Source: Beijerinckiaceae bacterium | GTDB lineage: Bacteria > Pseudomonadota > Alphaproteobacteria > Rhizobiales > Beijerinckiaceae | Direction of reading: 5' to 3' | DNA: 59,714 nt | Assembly (NCBI GenBank): GCA_036758905.1 | Contig: DAIOVR010000002.1 | Span: 1-59,714, forward strand | Part shown: one piece after another, positions 1 through 8,755 of the stretch | Layout: each line of letters begins with the position of its first letter | How positions within the stretch are numbered: position 1 is the stretch's first letter | Notes under the pieces: model-generated | Told to the model about the DNA's origin: nothing | Database searches by the model: none | The model's input: only the letters and a program-made list of their open reading frames with translations | Made by a program: the position numbers and the translations under genes

Positions 1-1
1 C

Positions 2-298
2 GATCTCAGCGGTGCCTATCTCAGCGGTGCCGATCTCAGCGGTGCCTATCTCAGCCGTGCTAAAGGTGCATTTTCGCTTGGAACGCCGGATGGTTGGTCG
101 GCTGTTGCTTGGCTGCGCGACGGTTTCTTATCGATCCGCGTCGGTTGCCGAGATAAGCGGTTAGATGAAGCCCGCGCATATTGGGCCAATAAAAATGACC
201 GGTGCGAAGTTATGGCGGCGCTGGATTACGCTGAAATAATTGCGCGCCTTCGTGGTTGGGCCATTGAAGCACCGGCTGAACAAGTGGCAGCGGAGTAA
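2..298 (+). CDS. Pentapeptide-repeat protein, C-terminal part (same ORF as 59506..59714, wrapping the window ends)
   Basis: Frame open from window start to TAA 296-298. It reads DLSGAYLSGADLSGAYLSRAKG..., i.e. A(D/N/Y)LS(G/R) pentapeptide units. The phase matches the ORF running off the 3' end. Confidence 0.7.
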   Translation, partial: DLSGAYLSGADLSGAYLSRAKGAFSLGTPDGWSAVAWLRDGFLSIRVGCRDKRLDEARAYWANKNDRCEVMAALDYAEIIARLRGWAIEAPAEQVAAE

Positions 299-304
299 TT
301 TACC

Positions 305-454
305 ATGGAAATCGAACACCTTTGCGAAATATGCGACGAGCGGATTGGAAAACAAGACACCGAGTCAGGCTTTTGGCTTGGCGACCGCGCGCCGTTTATT
401 TGCGACGTGTGCAATATTGATTTGGCCGAACGCCAAATGGCAGGTGAACAATGA
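305..454 (+). CDS. Small Zn-ribbon-like protein (49 aa)
   Basis: ATG 305 to TGA 452-454. Carries CEIC...CDVC cysteine pairs. ATGA overlap with the next ORF. Confidence 0.45.
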   Translation: MEIEHLCEICDERIGKQDTESGFWLGDRAPFICDVCNIDLAERQMAGEQ

Positions 455-732
455 TTGCCACACCCGATCAGCCGCGCGTTATTGTGCGCCCACATACACG
501 CCGCAAATCAATAAATTTTATAAACGCCGAACTCGAACGCCGCGCGCAACGGGATTTAACCGTTCAATTGTTGCGCGAATATGTCGATGAAAAAAAGACG
601 TTCGATATTCCCTTTAAAAGCCGTGTGGTTGTCAAAGACGTGACCAACGATTTTTTACTGGCATTTTCGGTTTTAACTTTTTTTGTTGGTTTTATCGCAT
701 GCGCCGCAACCATCGTCTTGGTGACGCTATGA
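451..732 (+). CDS. Hypothetical protein with C-terminal transmembrane segment
   Basis: ORF track entry. Hydrophobic tail FLLAFSVLTFFVGFIACAATIVLV. Translationally coupled on both sides. Confidence 0.55.
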   Translation: MIATPDQPRVIVRPHTRRKSINFINAELERRAQRDLTVQLLREYVDEKKTFDIPFKSRVVVKDVTNDFLLAFSVLTFFVGFIACAATIVLVTL

Positions 733-827
733 AACTGATTTTTAATTGGTTCAAGCGTCCAACGCTTGCTGACTTACCCCTAGAAACCCGGCTGATTTGC
801 GCAGCCATTATGGGAGCAAAGAAATGA
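729..827 (+). CDS. Mini-ORF (32 aa), translationally coupled
   Basis: ATGA overlaps at both ends (729-732 and 824-827). No similarity recognised. Confidence 0.3.
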   Translation: MKLIFNWFKRPTLADLPLETRLICAAIMGAKK

Positions 828-1933
828 ACGCGCCCACCAAACTTCACGCTTTGCCCAAAGCGGGATTCGCGCCAGGTATTTATTTTAACCTGCCCGAAAA
901 TGAATACCGTGCGGACCCCAGCCTATCCGCGTCAGGCATTAAAAGCTTGATCCGATCACCTTTTGATTATTGGTGCGATTGTCTGGACCCCACGCGGGAA
1001 GATGACCAAACCGAAGCCAAAGACAAAGGCAAAGCATATCACAAAATGCTTTTGGAAGGCATTGCGGCTTTCGATGCGACCTACGTGGTAGCGCCAACCA
1101 TTGAAAATTATCCGGACGCATTGCCGGATGGATCAGCGTTAAAAGCTTGGTTGAAAGATCAGGGCGCAAAACAGACGGGCACTAATGCCGAACTGTATCA
1201 GCTCGCCCTTGAAATCAACCCTGCCCTAGAATTTTGGCCAGATATTCGCGCCAAATGGAAAGCCGATCACATGGATTGTGAAGCGGTATCCCGCGAGACT
1301 TGGACAGAGCTGCAACGCGCCCGCATGGTTTTATCCCGCATGGACAGCGCCAAACGTGCATTTACGGGCGGCATGTCGGAGGTTTCAATTTTTTGGGTGC
1401 ATGAATCCGGCGTCCCGATGAAGGCCCGGATCGACTATTTAAAACCCAGCGCCATAGTGGACCTAAAGACCTTTGCCAACAAAATGGGCAAAGACTTGCG
1501 GTCAGCCGTGGTTAGCGAGATTTCAAACAACCGCTATGAAATCCAAGCCGCTGTCTATCTGGACGGCATTAAAACCATCAAGGCTCTATTCAAAGCCGGG
1601 AAGCTGGCAATTGTTGGGGATCATGACCCCGAATGGCTTGAAAAGGTCATGGCGACCGACCGGCATAGGTTCTTTTTTGCTTTTCTGCAAACTGGTCGCT
1701 GTCCCAATTTTATTATTCGTGAATTTGCCGAATTTGACACCTTTGCTGGATTGGGTGCCCAGGCTAACGAATATTTTTCAATCGGTCGCATGGCCTACAA
1801 GCACGGCATCGAGCAATGGGCGCGATATATGCGGACTTTTGGCCCCGATGAACCATGGGTGACTGACTACGAAATCCAACCTTTCCGCGATGACGAGTTT
1901 CCAGTGTGGGTGCTCCAAAGAGGTGTCCAATGA
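824..1933 (+). CDS. PD-(D/E)XK (RecB/Cas4/YqaJ-like) exonuclease
   Basis: Motifs RIDYLKP...IVDLKT and YEIQAAVY (D..D/ExK, QxxxY). GGAG lies 8 nt before ATG 824. The track ORF begins at TTG 797. Confidence 0.75.
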   Translation: MNAPTKLHALPKAGFAPGIYFNLPENEYRADPSLSASGIKSLIRSPFDYWCDCLDPTREDDQTEAKDKGKAYHKMLLEGIAAFDATYVVAPTIENYPDALPDGSALKAWLKDQGAKQTGTNAELYQLALEINPALEFWPDIRAKWKADHMDCEAVSRETWTELQRARMVLSRMDSAKRAFTGGMSEVSIFWVHESGVPMKARIDYLKPSAIVDLKTFANKMGKDLRSAVVSEISNNRYEIQAAVYLDGIKTIKALFKAGKLAIVGDHDPEWLEKVMATDRHRFFFAFLQTGRCPNFIIREFAEFDTFAGLGAQANEYFSIGRMAYKHGIEQWARYMRTFGPDEPWVTDYEIQPFRDDEFPVWVLQRGVQ

Positions 1934-2874
1934 CCGTGATGAAATTTACCCAAGCGATCCGCAAAGCCACCCGCCCGCTCATTGCCATTGGTGGACCATC
2001 AGGCAGCGGAAAAACTTATGGTGCTCTTTTAATGGCGCGAGGCATTGCCGGACCCAAAGGCAAGATTATTGTCTTGGACACCGAGAACGGTCGAAGCCAA
2101 ATGTATGCCGATGATCCGACAATTGGCGGGTTTATCGTGGGAGATATGTATCCGCCGTTTACCAGTGCATCATTTATTGACGCCATCGACGCCGCTGAAA
2201 ATGCCGGAGCTGACTGCATTGTGATCGACAGTATGACCATGGAGTGGTCCGGCACAGGCGGATGTATCGAGCAAGCCGAGGAAATGGCAAAGCCCGGCCC
2301 CCAAGCATGGATTAAACCAAAGCGCAACCACGCTCGAATGATGAATCGCATTCTCCGTTGTCAAGTGCCGGTCATTTTTACCCTTCGCGCAAAGCCAGAA
2401 TTGCTAACGGTCAAAAACGCCCAAGGCAAAGACACGTTCATTAAGGGCGAAATGATTTGCGAACAGGAATCCCGTTTCATTTATGAAATGACCCTTGCTT
2501 GCCTTTGTGATTACCAGACCAACAAAGCATATTATTCCAAGCTGAAAAACCTACCAAAGCCCTTAACCGGCGTTTTAAAAGACGGCGATCTAATCACCGT
2601 TGATACAGGACGGATCATTAAAGAATGGGTATCCACTGGACAGGCAGTCGATACCGCCCTTGAACGGTCCAAGGCTTTAATGATTGAAGCCGCCCAGCAA
2701 GGTTTAATTGCCTTTGCGGATTGCTGGAAACATACCCCCAAAGAACACCAGCGGCTTTTGGCCGATGAAAAAGACCGGCTCAAAATTGTGGCGCAAACCG
2801 TTGACGCGCTACACGCTGAAAATGAACCAGAGCCAACCGAACCGAAAGATGACGGTTTAGGGGAGGCCGCATAA
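1930..2874 (+). CDS. Sak4-like RecA-fold ATPase (AAA_24-type, ssDNA annealing)
   Basis: Walker A GGPSGSGKT and Walker B-like CIVIDSMT. ATGA overlap with the exonuclease stop. Sits immediately upstream of SSB. Confidence 0.75.
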   Translation: MTVMKFTQAIRKATRPLIAIGGPSGSGKTYGALLMARGIAGPKGKIIVLDTENGRSQMYADDPTIGGFIVGDMYPPFTSASFIDAIDAAENAGADCIVIDSMTMEWSGTGGCIEQAEEMAKPGPQAWIKPKRNHARMMNRILRCQVPVIFTLRAKPELLTVKNAQGKDTFIKGEMICEQESRFIYEMTLACLCDYQTNKAYYSKLKNLPKPLTGVLKDGDLITVDTGRIIKEWVSTGQAVDTALERSKALMIEAAQQGLIAFADCWKHTPKEHQRLLADEKDRLKIVAQTVDALHAENEPEPTEPKDDGLGEAA

Positions 2875-3335
2875 TGGCCGGATCAGTCAATAAATGCATC
2901 ATCCTTGGTCATTTGGGCGCAGACCCCGAATGCCGCCACACGCAATCAGGTGACTTGATTGTAAACTTGCGGGTTGCCACATCGGAATCATGGCGGGATA
3001 AAAATTCAGGTGAACGCCGCGAGAAAACCGAGTGGCATCGTGTTGTAATTTTTAACGATGCCTTGGGCAAGGTCGCGCAGCAATACCTCAAGAAAGGCGC
3101 GAAAGTCTATCTTGAAGGCCAATTGCAGACCCGCAAATGGGTCGATCAAGGCGGCACTGAACGATATTCAACCGAGATCGTTTTGGCACGGTTTAAAGGC
3201 GAATTGACCATGCTGGATGGTGCTAGAGCATCAAATCGAGAACCAGGCGAGGATGATTACAATCAGGACGAACGCCCAGCCTCATCATATCGTGCGCCAC
3301 AAAACAGCGATATGGATGATGAAATCCCATTTTGA
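2874..3335 (+). CDS. ssb: Single-stranded DNA-binding protein
   Basis: OB-fold signature NKCIILGHLGADPE...TEWHRVVIF...YLEGQLQTRKW and the acidic tail DDEIPF. Confidence 0.95.
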   Translation: MAGSVNKCIILGHLGADPECRHTQSGDLIVNLRVATSESWRDKNSGERREKTEWHRVVIFNDALGKVAQQYLKKGAKVYLEGQLQTRKWVDQGGTERYSTEIVLARFKGELTMLDGARASNREPGEDDYNQDERPASSYRAPQNSDMDDEIPF

Positions 3336-3703
3336 GGTCTGCCATGCTCCAACGCCGCAAACACACCCGCTCAGGTATTCGAGACAATGACGGGCCGATC
3401 CGTAACGCATCACACCGTCAATGGGTGCGCGGTCACGTCTGTGCTGCACCAGGATGCGTCAATACACCGATAGAATGTGCTCACGTTGACTATGACGTGC
3501 CATTGGCTGATCGGGGCGGTATGGGGCTTAAAAATGGCGACAACTGGACGTGGCCGCTATGTGGTGGACCTAACGGGCATCACGCGGAAAGCCATCGGAT
3601 CGGGGCAAAGACATTCGCGGCTAAGTATCGGTTAGACCCCCACACCATTGCCGCCGATCTATGGCGCAGATCACCACATAAGATGAAACAGGAGAGACAG
3701 TGA
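3332..3703 (+). CDS. DUF968/HNH-like Cys/His-rich nuclease-associated protein
   Basis: CAAPGC...ECAHVD...GGMGLKNGDNWTWPLCGGPNGHHAESH. Confidence 0.5.
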   Translation: MRSAMLQRRKHTRSGIRDNDGPIRNASHRQWVRGHVCAAPGCVNTPIECAHVDYDVPLADRGGMGLKNGDNWTWPLCGGPNGHHAESHRIGAKTFAAKYRLDPHTIAADLWRRSPHKMKQERQ

Positions 3704-4068
3704 TAACCCTAGACACAACACAAATCCGCGCATTGCTGCATGGTATAAAGCCAAATGATTGGTTTCCAGGTAATATATTTCTTGCTGCTGAAATTGCCTA
3801 CGAGCACATACCCGCCCTCTGCGATGAAATAGATGCACTACGTAAGAAGGTGGCGGAGTTGGAAGCTGAGCGGAAATGGCGACCGATTGAAAATGCGCCA
3901 AAATATCAATCTGTAATTTTGGCAACAAAGAACAACAAAGTCGGAGAAGCAATTTTTGCAAGATCAAATGATGGTCAAATGGAATGGTGGTGGATCAATA
4001 CTCACGACCCGGTTGAATTTATGCCCACCCACTGGATGCCCCTACCAACCCCACCAATTGAGGACTGA
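3700..4068 (+). CDS. DUF551-like phage protein
   Basis: GTGA overlap at the start. C-terminal WRPIENAP...THWMPLPTPP resembles the DUF551 signature. Confidence 0.55.
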   Translation: MITLDTTQIRALLHGIKPNDWFPGNIFLAAEIAYEHIPALCDEIDALRKKVAELEAERKWRPIENAPKYQSVILATKNNKVGEAIFARSNDGQMEWWWINTHDPVEFMPTHWMPLPTPPIED

Positions 4069-4071
4069 CCG

Positions 4072-4440
4072 ATGGATGACAAAAACCCAATGCGTCAAAT
4101 ATTGACTGACAACATAAGGCAATCTGCCCGCATTAGGGAGCTTGAGGCGGCTTTGCGTTTGATTATTGACGCCGCCAAAAGTGGTTCAGATACCAGTGTT
4201 CTTCAAAACTTTGCAGCCGACGCGCTGCACTCAAAAAAGGCCCGCCCAATGATCGCTGGACACCCGGAAGTCACCAAGAAAACCTATGCCCAAGAACGCG
4301 ATAAGGTTGAGCGGGCCGTAAGGTTCGCCATTGGTGCAGTCCATAACGGCTTGGGGGCCGATCATCAGGTTCCCGCCGAAACGGTTGCAAAACTGACCGC
4401 GCAAATTGAGCGCGATTTCCTTGTCGAAATTATGGAATAG
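4072..4440 (+). CDS. Hypothetical protein
   Basis: ORF track entry, co-oriented in a tightly packed operon. Confidence 0.55.
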   Translation: MDDKNPMRQILTDNIRQSARIRELEAALRLIIDAAKSGSDTSVLQNFAADALHSKKARPMIAGHPEVTKKTYAQERDKVERAVRFAIGAVHNGLGADHQVPAETVAKLTAQIERDFLVEIME

Positions 4441-4451
4441 AGGCCCCAACC

Positions 4452-4643
4452 ATGAATGCCTTGGACACTCACACGATCACAATTAACGTGACGCCACTCG
4501 ACCTAGCCGCGCTGCATCAATTGTTGGTCGTAAATCACGCTTTGGCCGGTAGCATGGGTCACGCGGCCCAAAAAGACCTTAAAGCGTTAATTGGCGTCCT
4601 TGATGGGCTGATTGTTCAAATCTCAATTGGAATTAATCGATAA
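4452..4643 (+). CDS. Hypothetical protein
   Basis: ORF track entry, co-oriented. Confidence 0.45.
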   Translation: MNALDTHTITINVTPLDLAALHQLLVVNHALAGSMGHAAQKDLKALIGVLDGLIVQISIGINR

Positions 4644-4774
4644 GAAAGGCCACTCGCGTCGATGCCGCCCTTAACCCCGAAACCACCAACGCATAGGGCG
4701 GCGAACCGTCGGCGCTTCCAGCACCGAGCCGGGGCGGTGGCCCTATGCACCCCGGCGATTAACAAAAGGAGACA

Positions 4775-5137
4775 ATGATGGACTTTCAAGATTTCAGTGT
4801 TTTCAACCGCCGCCGTTGCGAAGCGGCCAATGGTTTCAACCACGCCCTTTCGAGATGGACCCTTTCGGACTGGTTTACTGCGGTTGTTGGTGAACTTGGC
4901 GAAGCTGCCAATGTCGCAAAAAAGCTGAATCGTGTGCGCGATGGAATTCCCGGCAACAGCGAAACGCCGGAACAATTGCAAGCAGCTTTGGCGGATGAAA
5001 TTGCAGATACGTTTATTTATCTCGATTTGCTCGCTCAAAGCGCCGGGATCAATTTGGAAGTGGCTGTGATTGATAAATTCAATCGCACATCGGCCAAGAT
5101 CGGCTACAACGACAAGCTATTTCGCAGAAGCTTATAG
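4775..5137 (+). CDS. mazG: MazG-like nucleoside triphosphate pyrophosphohydrolase
   Basis: GELGEAANVAKK...ALADEIADTFIYLDLLA (EExxE/D-type MazG helices). AAGGAG lies upstream. Confidence 0.8.
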   Translation: MMDFQDFSVFNRRRCEAANGFNHALSRWTLSDWFTAVVGELGEAANVAKKLNRVRDGIPGNSETPEQLQAALADEIADTFIYLDLLAQSAGINLEVAVIDKFNRTSAKIGYNDKLFRRSL

Positions 5138-5153
5138 GCATCCAGGCGATTGA

Positions 5154-5354
5154 ATGGAGGGAATGATGGAAAAAGCAGATGCAAAAACGGCAATTATTGT
5201 CGGATGTTTTTTAATTTGGTTTGGAATTTTCTTTTGCACAATGATGATATTTGGCGCTGAAAGTTTTGTGCCTAAAGCATTTTTTGTTTTATCGGTTATA
5301 GGCGGGGGTTGGCGACTGGTTCAATGGGGTTTGTCGCATGATGGGAGGGAATGA
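5154..5354 (+). CDS. Small membrane protein (2 TM)
   Basis: Hydrophobic segments AIIVGCFLIWFGIFFCTMMIFG and FFVLSVIGGGW. Confidence 0.5.
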   Translation: MEGMMEKADAKTAIIVGCFLIWFGIFFCTMMIFGAESFVPKAFFVLSVIGGGWRLVQWGLSHDGRE

Positions 5355-5539
5355 TGCCAATATCAACATGGATTTTTGTTTTGGCGATTTTTTATTGCAC
5401 TGTCGAAACAGCTTACTTTGGATGGAATTTTACACCTGCATCTGAGGCCGAACTTATTGCAGACGGGATTTCAACAATTATTGCCTCAATTGGATTTTTG
5501 GCTCGCATCATCGAGCGCCAAACGCTGGCAATTAAATAA
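5351..5539 (+). CDS. Small membrane protein (2 TM)
   Basis: ATGA overlap at the start. Hydrophobic segments WIFVLAIFYCTV and ISTIIASIGFLA. Confidence 0.5.
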   Translation: MMPISTWIFVLAIFYCTVETAYFGWNFTPASEAELIADGISTIIASIGFLARIIERQTLAIK

Positions 5540-5581
5540 CCCATGACCCCCCGCTTCCTATCCCGTCAGGCCGGATAACCC

Positions 5582-5899
5582 ATGAACTTCCCGCGCCCAA
5601 TCCCAGCCAACAGGCAAGATGAAATTGAAATTCATCGGCCTTGGGCACGGCTGCCAAATTGGCCGCGATTGCTACCAGAACTTTTGGCGGCTGCCTATGT
5701 CGGCGGTGTCTCGATCGGTACTTTCCGAACGGAGGTCGAACAAGGCATTTGGCCCCCGCCAATCCGGCGCGGACGGCGCATATTTTGGGATTTGGGCGAC
5801 CTTGATAGGGCAGTTGACCGGCTAAAGGGCATTGTATCTGATACTCTTCCTGATCAACCTTCGGGCCTCGGGGACATAAATTGGGACAAATCCGCTTGA
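5582..5899 (+). CDS. xis: Excisionase / AlpA-like HTH protein
   Basis: LLAAAYVGGVSIGTFRTEVEQGIWPPPIRRGRRIFWDLGDLDRAV. Sits immediately upstream of the integrase. Confidence 0.6.
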   Translation: MNFPRPIPANRQDEIEIHRPWARLPNWPRLLPELLAAAYVGGVSIGTFRTEVEQGIWPPPIRRGRRIFWDLGDLDRAVDRLKGIVSDTLPDQPSGLGDINWDKSA

Positions 5900-6933
5900 G
5901 CCTCAGCGTGCCACGGCTCCATATCGTCGGGGACCGCTTTTATTGGCGCCCCACGGCCCCTATCCGTGCTTTGGGGTTTTCTTACGAGGCTTTGGGCAAA
6001 GACCCCATGAAAGCCGCTGCAAGGGCCAGGGAGCTTAATGAACAGGTCGAGCGGGCCAAACTAGGGTTGGATGCCAGGACCAAGCGCGGCGACACGGTGG
6101 CAGCCCTGATCGACGCCTATCAGTCCTGCCCCCGGTATAAGAGCCGGGCGGAAACCACCCGAAAGGGCTATGACCATTTCCTAAAACACATCCGCGCGCT
6201 TGCCGGGCATGTCATTGTGGCGACCATTGACCGGCCCGGCATGTTGCAGACCTATGAGAAGCTAATCGCCGCCAGGGGCCTTTATACCGCCAATGCGTAT
6301 ATGAAGGTCTGGCAGATATTGCTTAAGCACGCCTATGACCTCGGATGGCGCAAAGATAACCCCGCCGCCGGGCTTGGGCTTCAAACGCCGCCGCCGCGAG
6401 AGCAAGTCTGGACGGTCGATCAAATCCTTGCATTTTGTGATGCCGCCGTGGAAATGGGCAGGCCGTCCATGCGTCTGGCGATGCTATTGGCCTATGACCT
6501 TGGGCAACGCCCTGGCGACTATATCAAGCTGACTTGGACCACTTACACCGGGTCCGGGTTTATGATTAAGCAGTCCAAGACCAAAACCCGCGTCAATGCG
6601 CCGTTCGAAAACCCGTTTCTTTGGGCTGAAATCGACGCCATGCCGCGCAAACACTCGCATGTCTTGATTTGTGAGGGGACCAAAGCCCCCTATAAGGCTG
6701 ATTATTTCCGGCACCTATGCACCAAGATCAGGCGCGCGGCCAAACTGCCGGAACAGCTTCAATTCCGCGATCTGCGCCGGACAGCCGCCACGGAAATTGG
6801 CAATGCCGGGGCAACAGATGATCAGTTACGGGCGCTCCAAGGCTGGAAAACCCGGAATCAGGCGGCGACTTATGTGGTGGTATCGTCAGCCGGTGCCGAA
6901 GGCGCTCAAGCGAAACGGAGGGCGAACAGGTAA
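5881..6933 (+). CDS. int: Tyrosine integrase
   Basis: C-terminal catalytic region LGQRPGD...FRDLRRTAATE...LQGWKTRNQAATYV. Start is TTG 5881 or GTG 5908. Adjacent to attP. Confidence 0.9.
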   Translation: MGQIRLSLSVPRLHIVGDRFYWRPTAPIRALGFSYEALGKDPMKAAARARELNEQVERAKLGLDARTKRGDTVAALIDAYQSCPRYKSRAETTRKGYDHFLKHIRALAGHVIVATIDRPGMLQTYEKLIAARGLYTANAYMKVWQILLKHAYDLGWRKDNPAAGLGLQTPPPREQVWTVDQILAFCDAAVEMGRPSMRLAMLLAYDLGQRPGDYIKLTWTTYTGSGFMIKQSKTKTRVNAPFENPFLWAEIDAMPRKHSHVLICEGTKAPYKADYFRHLCTKIRRAAKLPEQLQFRDLRRTAATEIGNAGATDDQLRALQGWKTRNQAATYVVVSSAGAEGAQAKRRANR

Positions 6934-6941
6934 AGGATCAG

Positions 6942-7148
6942 GTGTAATTTTCGTTACACTTTGGGGGTTTTTCAGGGGCTAAGGATTTTCCCTAACCCCT
7001 TGAAAAATCTTGGTGAGCGCGATGGGATTCGAACCCATGACCCTTTGATTAAAAGTATCATGCACCCCTAGCAAATCCGCCATTTTTTACACTTGTTCTG
7101 CGTCTGTTCATGTATGATATATCAATGACTTACGGGCTAAGTGTAACG
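6942..7148. promoter_or_regulatory. attP region with candidate arm-type integrase sites
   Basis: CGTTACACTT occurs at 6952-6961 (+) and 7139-7148 (-). TTACACTT occurs at 7087-7094 and GTGTAA at 6942-6947. These flank the tRNA-derived core. Confidence 0.45.
7011..7055 (-). other. tRNA 3' fragment (anticodon loop to CCA), probable attP core
   Basis: The reverse complement reads CTTTTAATCAAAGGGTCATGGGTTCGAATCCCATCGCGCTCACCA. That gives a T-arm ATGGG/TTCGAAT/CCCAT, an acceptor 3' strand plus CCA, and a Lys(UUU)-like loop. The upstream sequence cannot form an acceptor or D arm. Confidence 0.7.
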
Positions 7149-7172
7149 GCAGTTTGATGGAAAAGTGATAAA

Positions 7173-7541
7173 ATGGCAGGAGATGTTTCAGTCAATTTGG
7201 CGCCACAAACATCAAAACTGGAAAATTCAACCAAAACCAGTTTTGTTTATTTGGTCCGCAGCGGGCAACATTTAAAAATTGGCAGAACGAAAAATGTTCA
7301 AGCCAGATTTTTGGCTTTGCAAAATGCCACACCCGCCAAATTACGTTTAATCCGGTATTTTGAAGTGCCCGCCGAAGAAGTGATCGGGATAGAATATGAA
7401 GCCATGGTAACTTTAAAATCCCAGGGCTATCACGTTCGAGGCGAGTGGTTTTCGGCGCCCACCGATTTAGCTTTAAGGGCTATCTATCAAGCAATTGAAG
7501 CCGCAAAGCCTAATGGCAAGCCAATTGTGACTCCGGCCTAG
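7173..7541 (+). CDS. T5orf172 / GIY-YIG-like domain protein
   Basis: FVYLVRSGQHLKIGRTKNVQARFLALQ...GEWF pattern. Confidence 0.65.
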   Translation: MAGDVSVNLAPQTSKLENSTKTSFVYLVRSGQHLKIGRTKNVQARFLALQNATPAKLRLIRYFEVPAEEVIGIEYEAMVTLKSQGYHVRGEWFSAPTDLALRAIYQAIEAAKPNGKPIVTPA

Positions 7542-7665
7542 CGCGAACAATATCGGTTTAGGCTGACACAGAATCGGACACATCATTTGTCAGGGGTGTT
7601 CTGGTTTTGCCCCATATATTATTCATTATTGGGTTTATTGAACATTATATGGGTCATCCCGGCTC

Positions 7666-7881
7666 CTATTTTGCTTCTCGCGCTAATTTGCGCGCTGGAA
7701 TGGTTTTACAAAAATCAATTATTTGGATACAAGATTTACAAGTGACTTTGCCGCGCTCAGATTTGACAAAGAAATCATTACCTTCTTCGCCATCAAGCGA
7801 AAACCCACAAAGCGTATAATCTTCACCAGTCACAGAACCAGAATGAGCGATACCATTATTTTCTATCCAAATCGCAATCAT
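7666..7881 (-). CDS. Hypothetical small protein
   Basis: AAGGAGC SD before ATG 7881. The track ORF extends to 7920. Confidence 0.5.
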   Translation of the reverse strand: MIAIWIENNGIAHSGSVTGEDYTLCGFSLDGEEGNDFFVKSERGKVTCKSCIQIIDFCKTIPARKLAREAK

Positions 7882-7972
7882 CGGTCGCTCCTTAATAATA
7901 AATGGACAAATCGCCTGCACACGCTTGTCCCATGTCTTTCGTGGTGCAGTACGGATGGGTCATAGCAGCTCC

Positions 7973-8155
7973 TTATTTCATGTAACTGGTCACGCCGGAT
8001 ATTTTTTCCATATCGGCTTTAATAACTTCATTGACCACATGATAATGCCATCGCCAAAGCAATGAAATGACTTCATCTCTAGCGCGTCCGCGAGGCATAA
8101 CCCACAAACCAAAATGGATTATATGTCGCGTCAAAGAATATCGAAAATTTTTCAC
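7973..8155 (-). CDS. Hypothetical small protein
   Basis: AAGGAGC SD before GTG 8155. Confidence 0.4.
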   Translation of the reverse strand: MKNFRYSLTRHIIHFGLWVMPRGRARDEVISLLWRWHYHVVNEVIKADMEKISGVTSYMK

Positions 8156-8170
8156 GGCGACTCGCTCCTT

Positions 8171-8383
8171 TTATGCCGCTTTGATCATTGCCGTATAGCA
8201 AATGGCAGTTGTTTGTTTAGGCGGCGGGTAATCTTCGAACGGCGACAATGCGTCTATTTTGTTTTGATCCATGAGTTCTAACGCAGCTTGTAACCCAGCC
8301 GATATTTGTTTGTCAGTTGGTTCTTTGGGAACAATGACAAACCCTTGGGGGCATAGATAAGTTAAAAGTTTAATCCACATCAT
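8171..8383 (-). CDS. Hypothetical small protein
   Basis: AAGGAGCC SD before ATG 8383. Confidence 0.5.
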   Translation of the reverse strand: MMWIKLLTYLCPQGFVIVPKEPTDKQISAGLQAALELMDQNKIDALSPFEDYPPPKQTTAICYTAMIKAA

Positions 8384-8390
8384 CGGCTCC

Positions 8391-8594
8391 TTAATAATTG
8401 GCGCGGGCTATCGCAGTCCACCATCCGGTAGCTGGATTATCTCTTACCGTACCCCCGCGCAGCACAGTCGTATTCTGTCGGAAATGTCCCCTATGGGCGT
8501 CATCAGCGGTCATCCGGCTCTGAATGACTTGAGATTGACCAAGACAGAAATCAGTCAATTCGATGCTCCTATTGTGCAGTTTGTTTAAACCCAA
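8391..8594 (-). CDS. Possible small ORF (start uncertain)
   Basis: Fills the gap in the minus-strand operon. An internal AGGAG-TTG start is possible. Confidence 0.3.
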   Translation of the reverse strand: MGLNKLHNRSIELTDFCLGQSQVIQSRMTADDAHRGHFRQNTTVLRGGTVRDNPATGWWTAIARANY

Positions 8595-8745
8595 AATATT
8601 CTGGATCGTCTGAAATTAAGTCAAATACTTTTCCATATTTCAAATCTAGCTTTTCATGGACAAGTGCCCAATGTGCTCCATCTGACAGGTCAAGCGTTTC
8701 GACCTCATCCATTATTTCTTTGATGCGCTTTTTAGACGGGTTCAT
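8569..8745 (-). CDS. Hypothetical small protein
   Basis: AAGGAGCGACC before ATG 8745. The track ORF extends to 8793. Confidence 0.45.
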   Translation of the reverse strand: MNPSKKRIKEIMDEVETLDLSDGAHWALVHEKLDLKYGKVFDLISDDPEYFGFKQTAQ

Positions 8746-8755
8746 GGTCGCTCCT

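Noticed and set aside
1-60. 15-nt periodic repeats at both window ends as a CRISPR array or non-coding tandem repeat
   Set aside because: The repeats are in frame and encode A(D/Y)LSG pentapeptide units of one ORF. There are no spacers and no cas genes.
7011-7085. A complete tRNA gene on the minus strand
   Set aside because: Only the anticodon-loop-to-CCA portion is tRNA-like. The upstream 30 nt cannot pair with the acceptor 3' strand (CGCGCTC) or form a D-arm. It was interpreted as an attP core instead.
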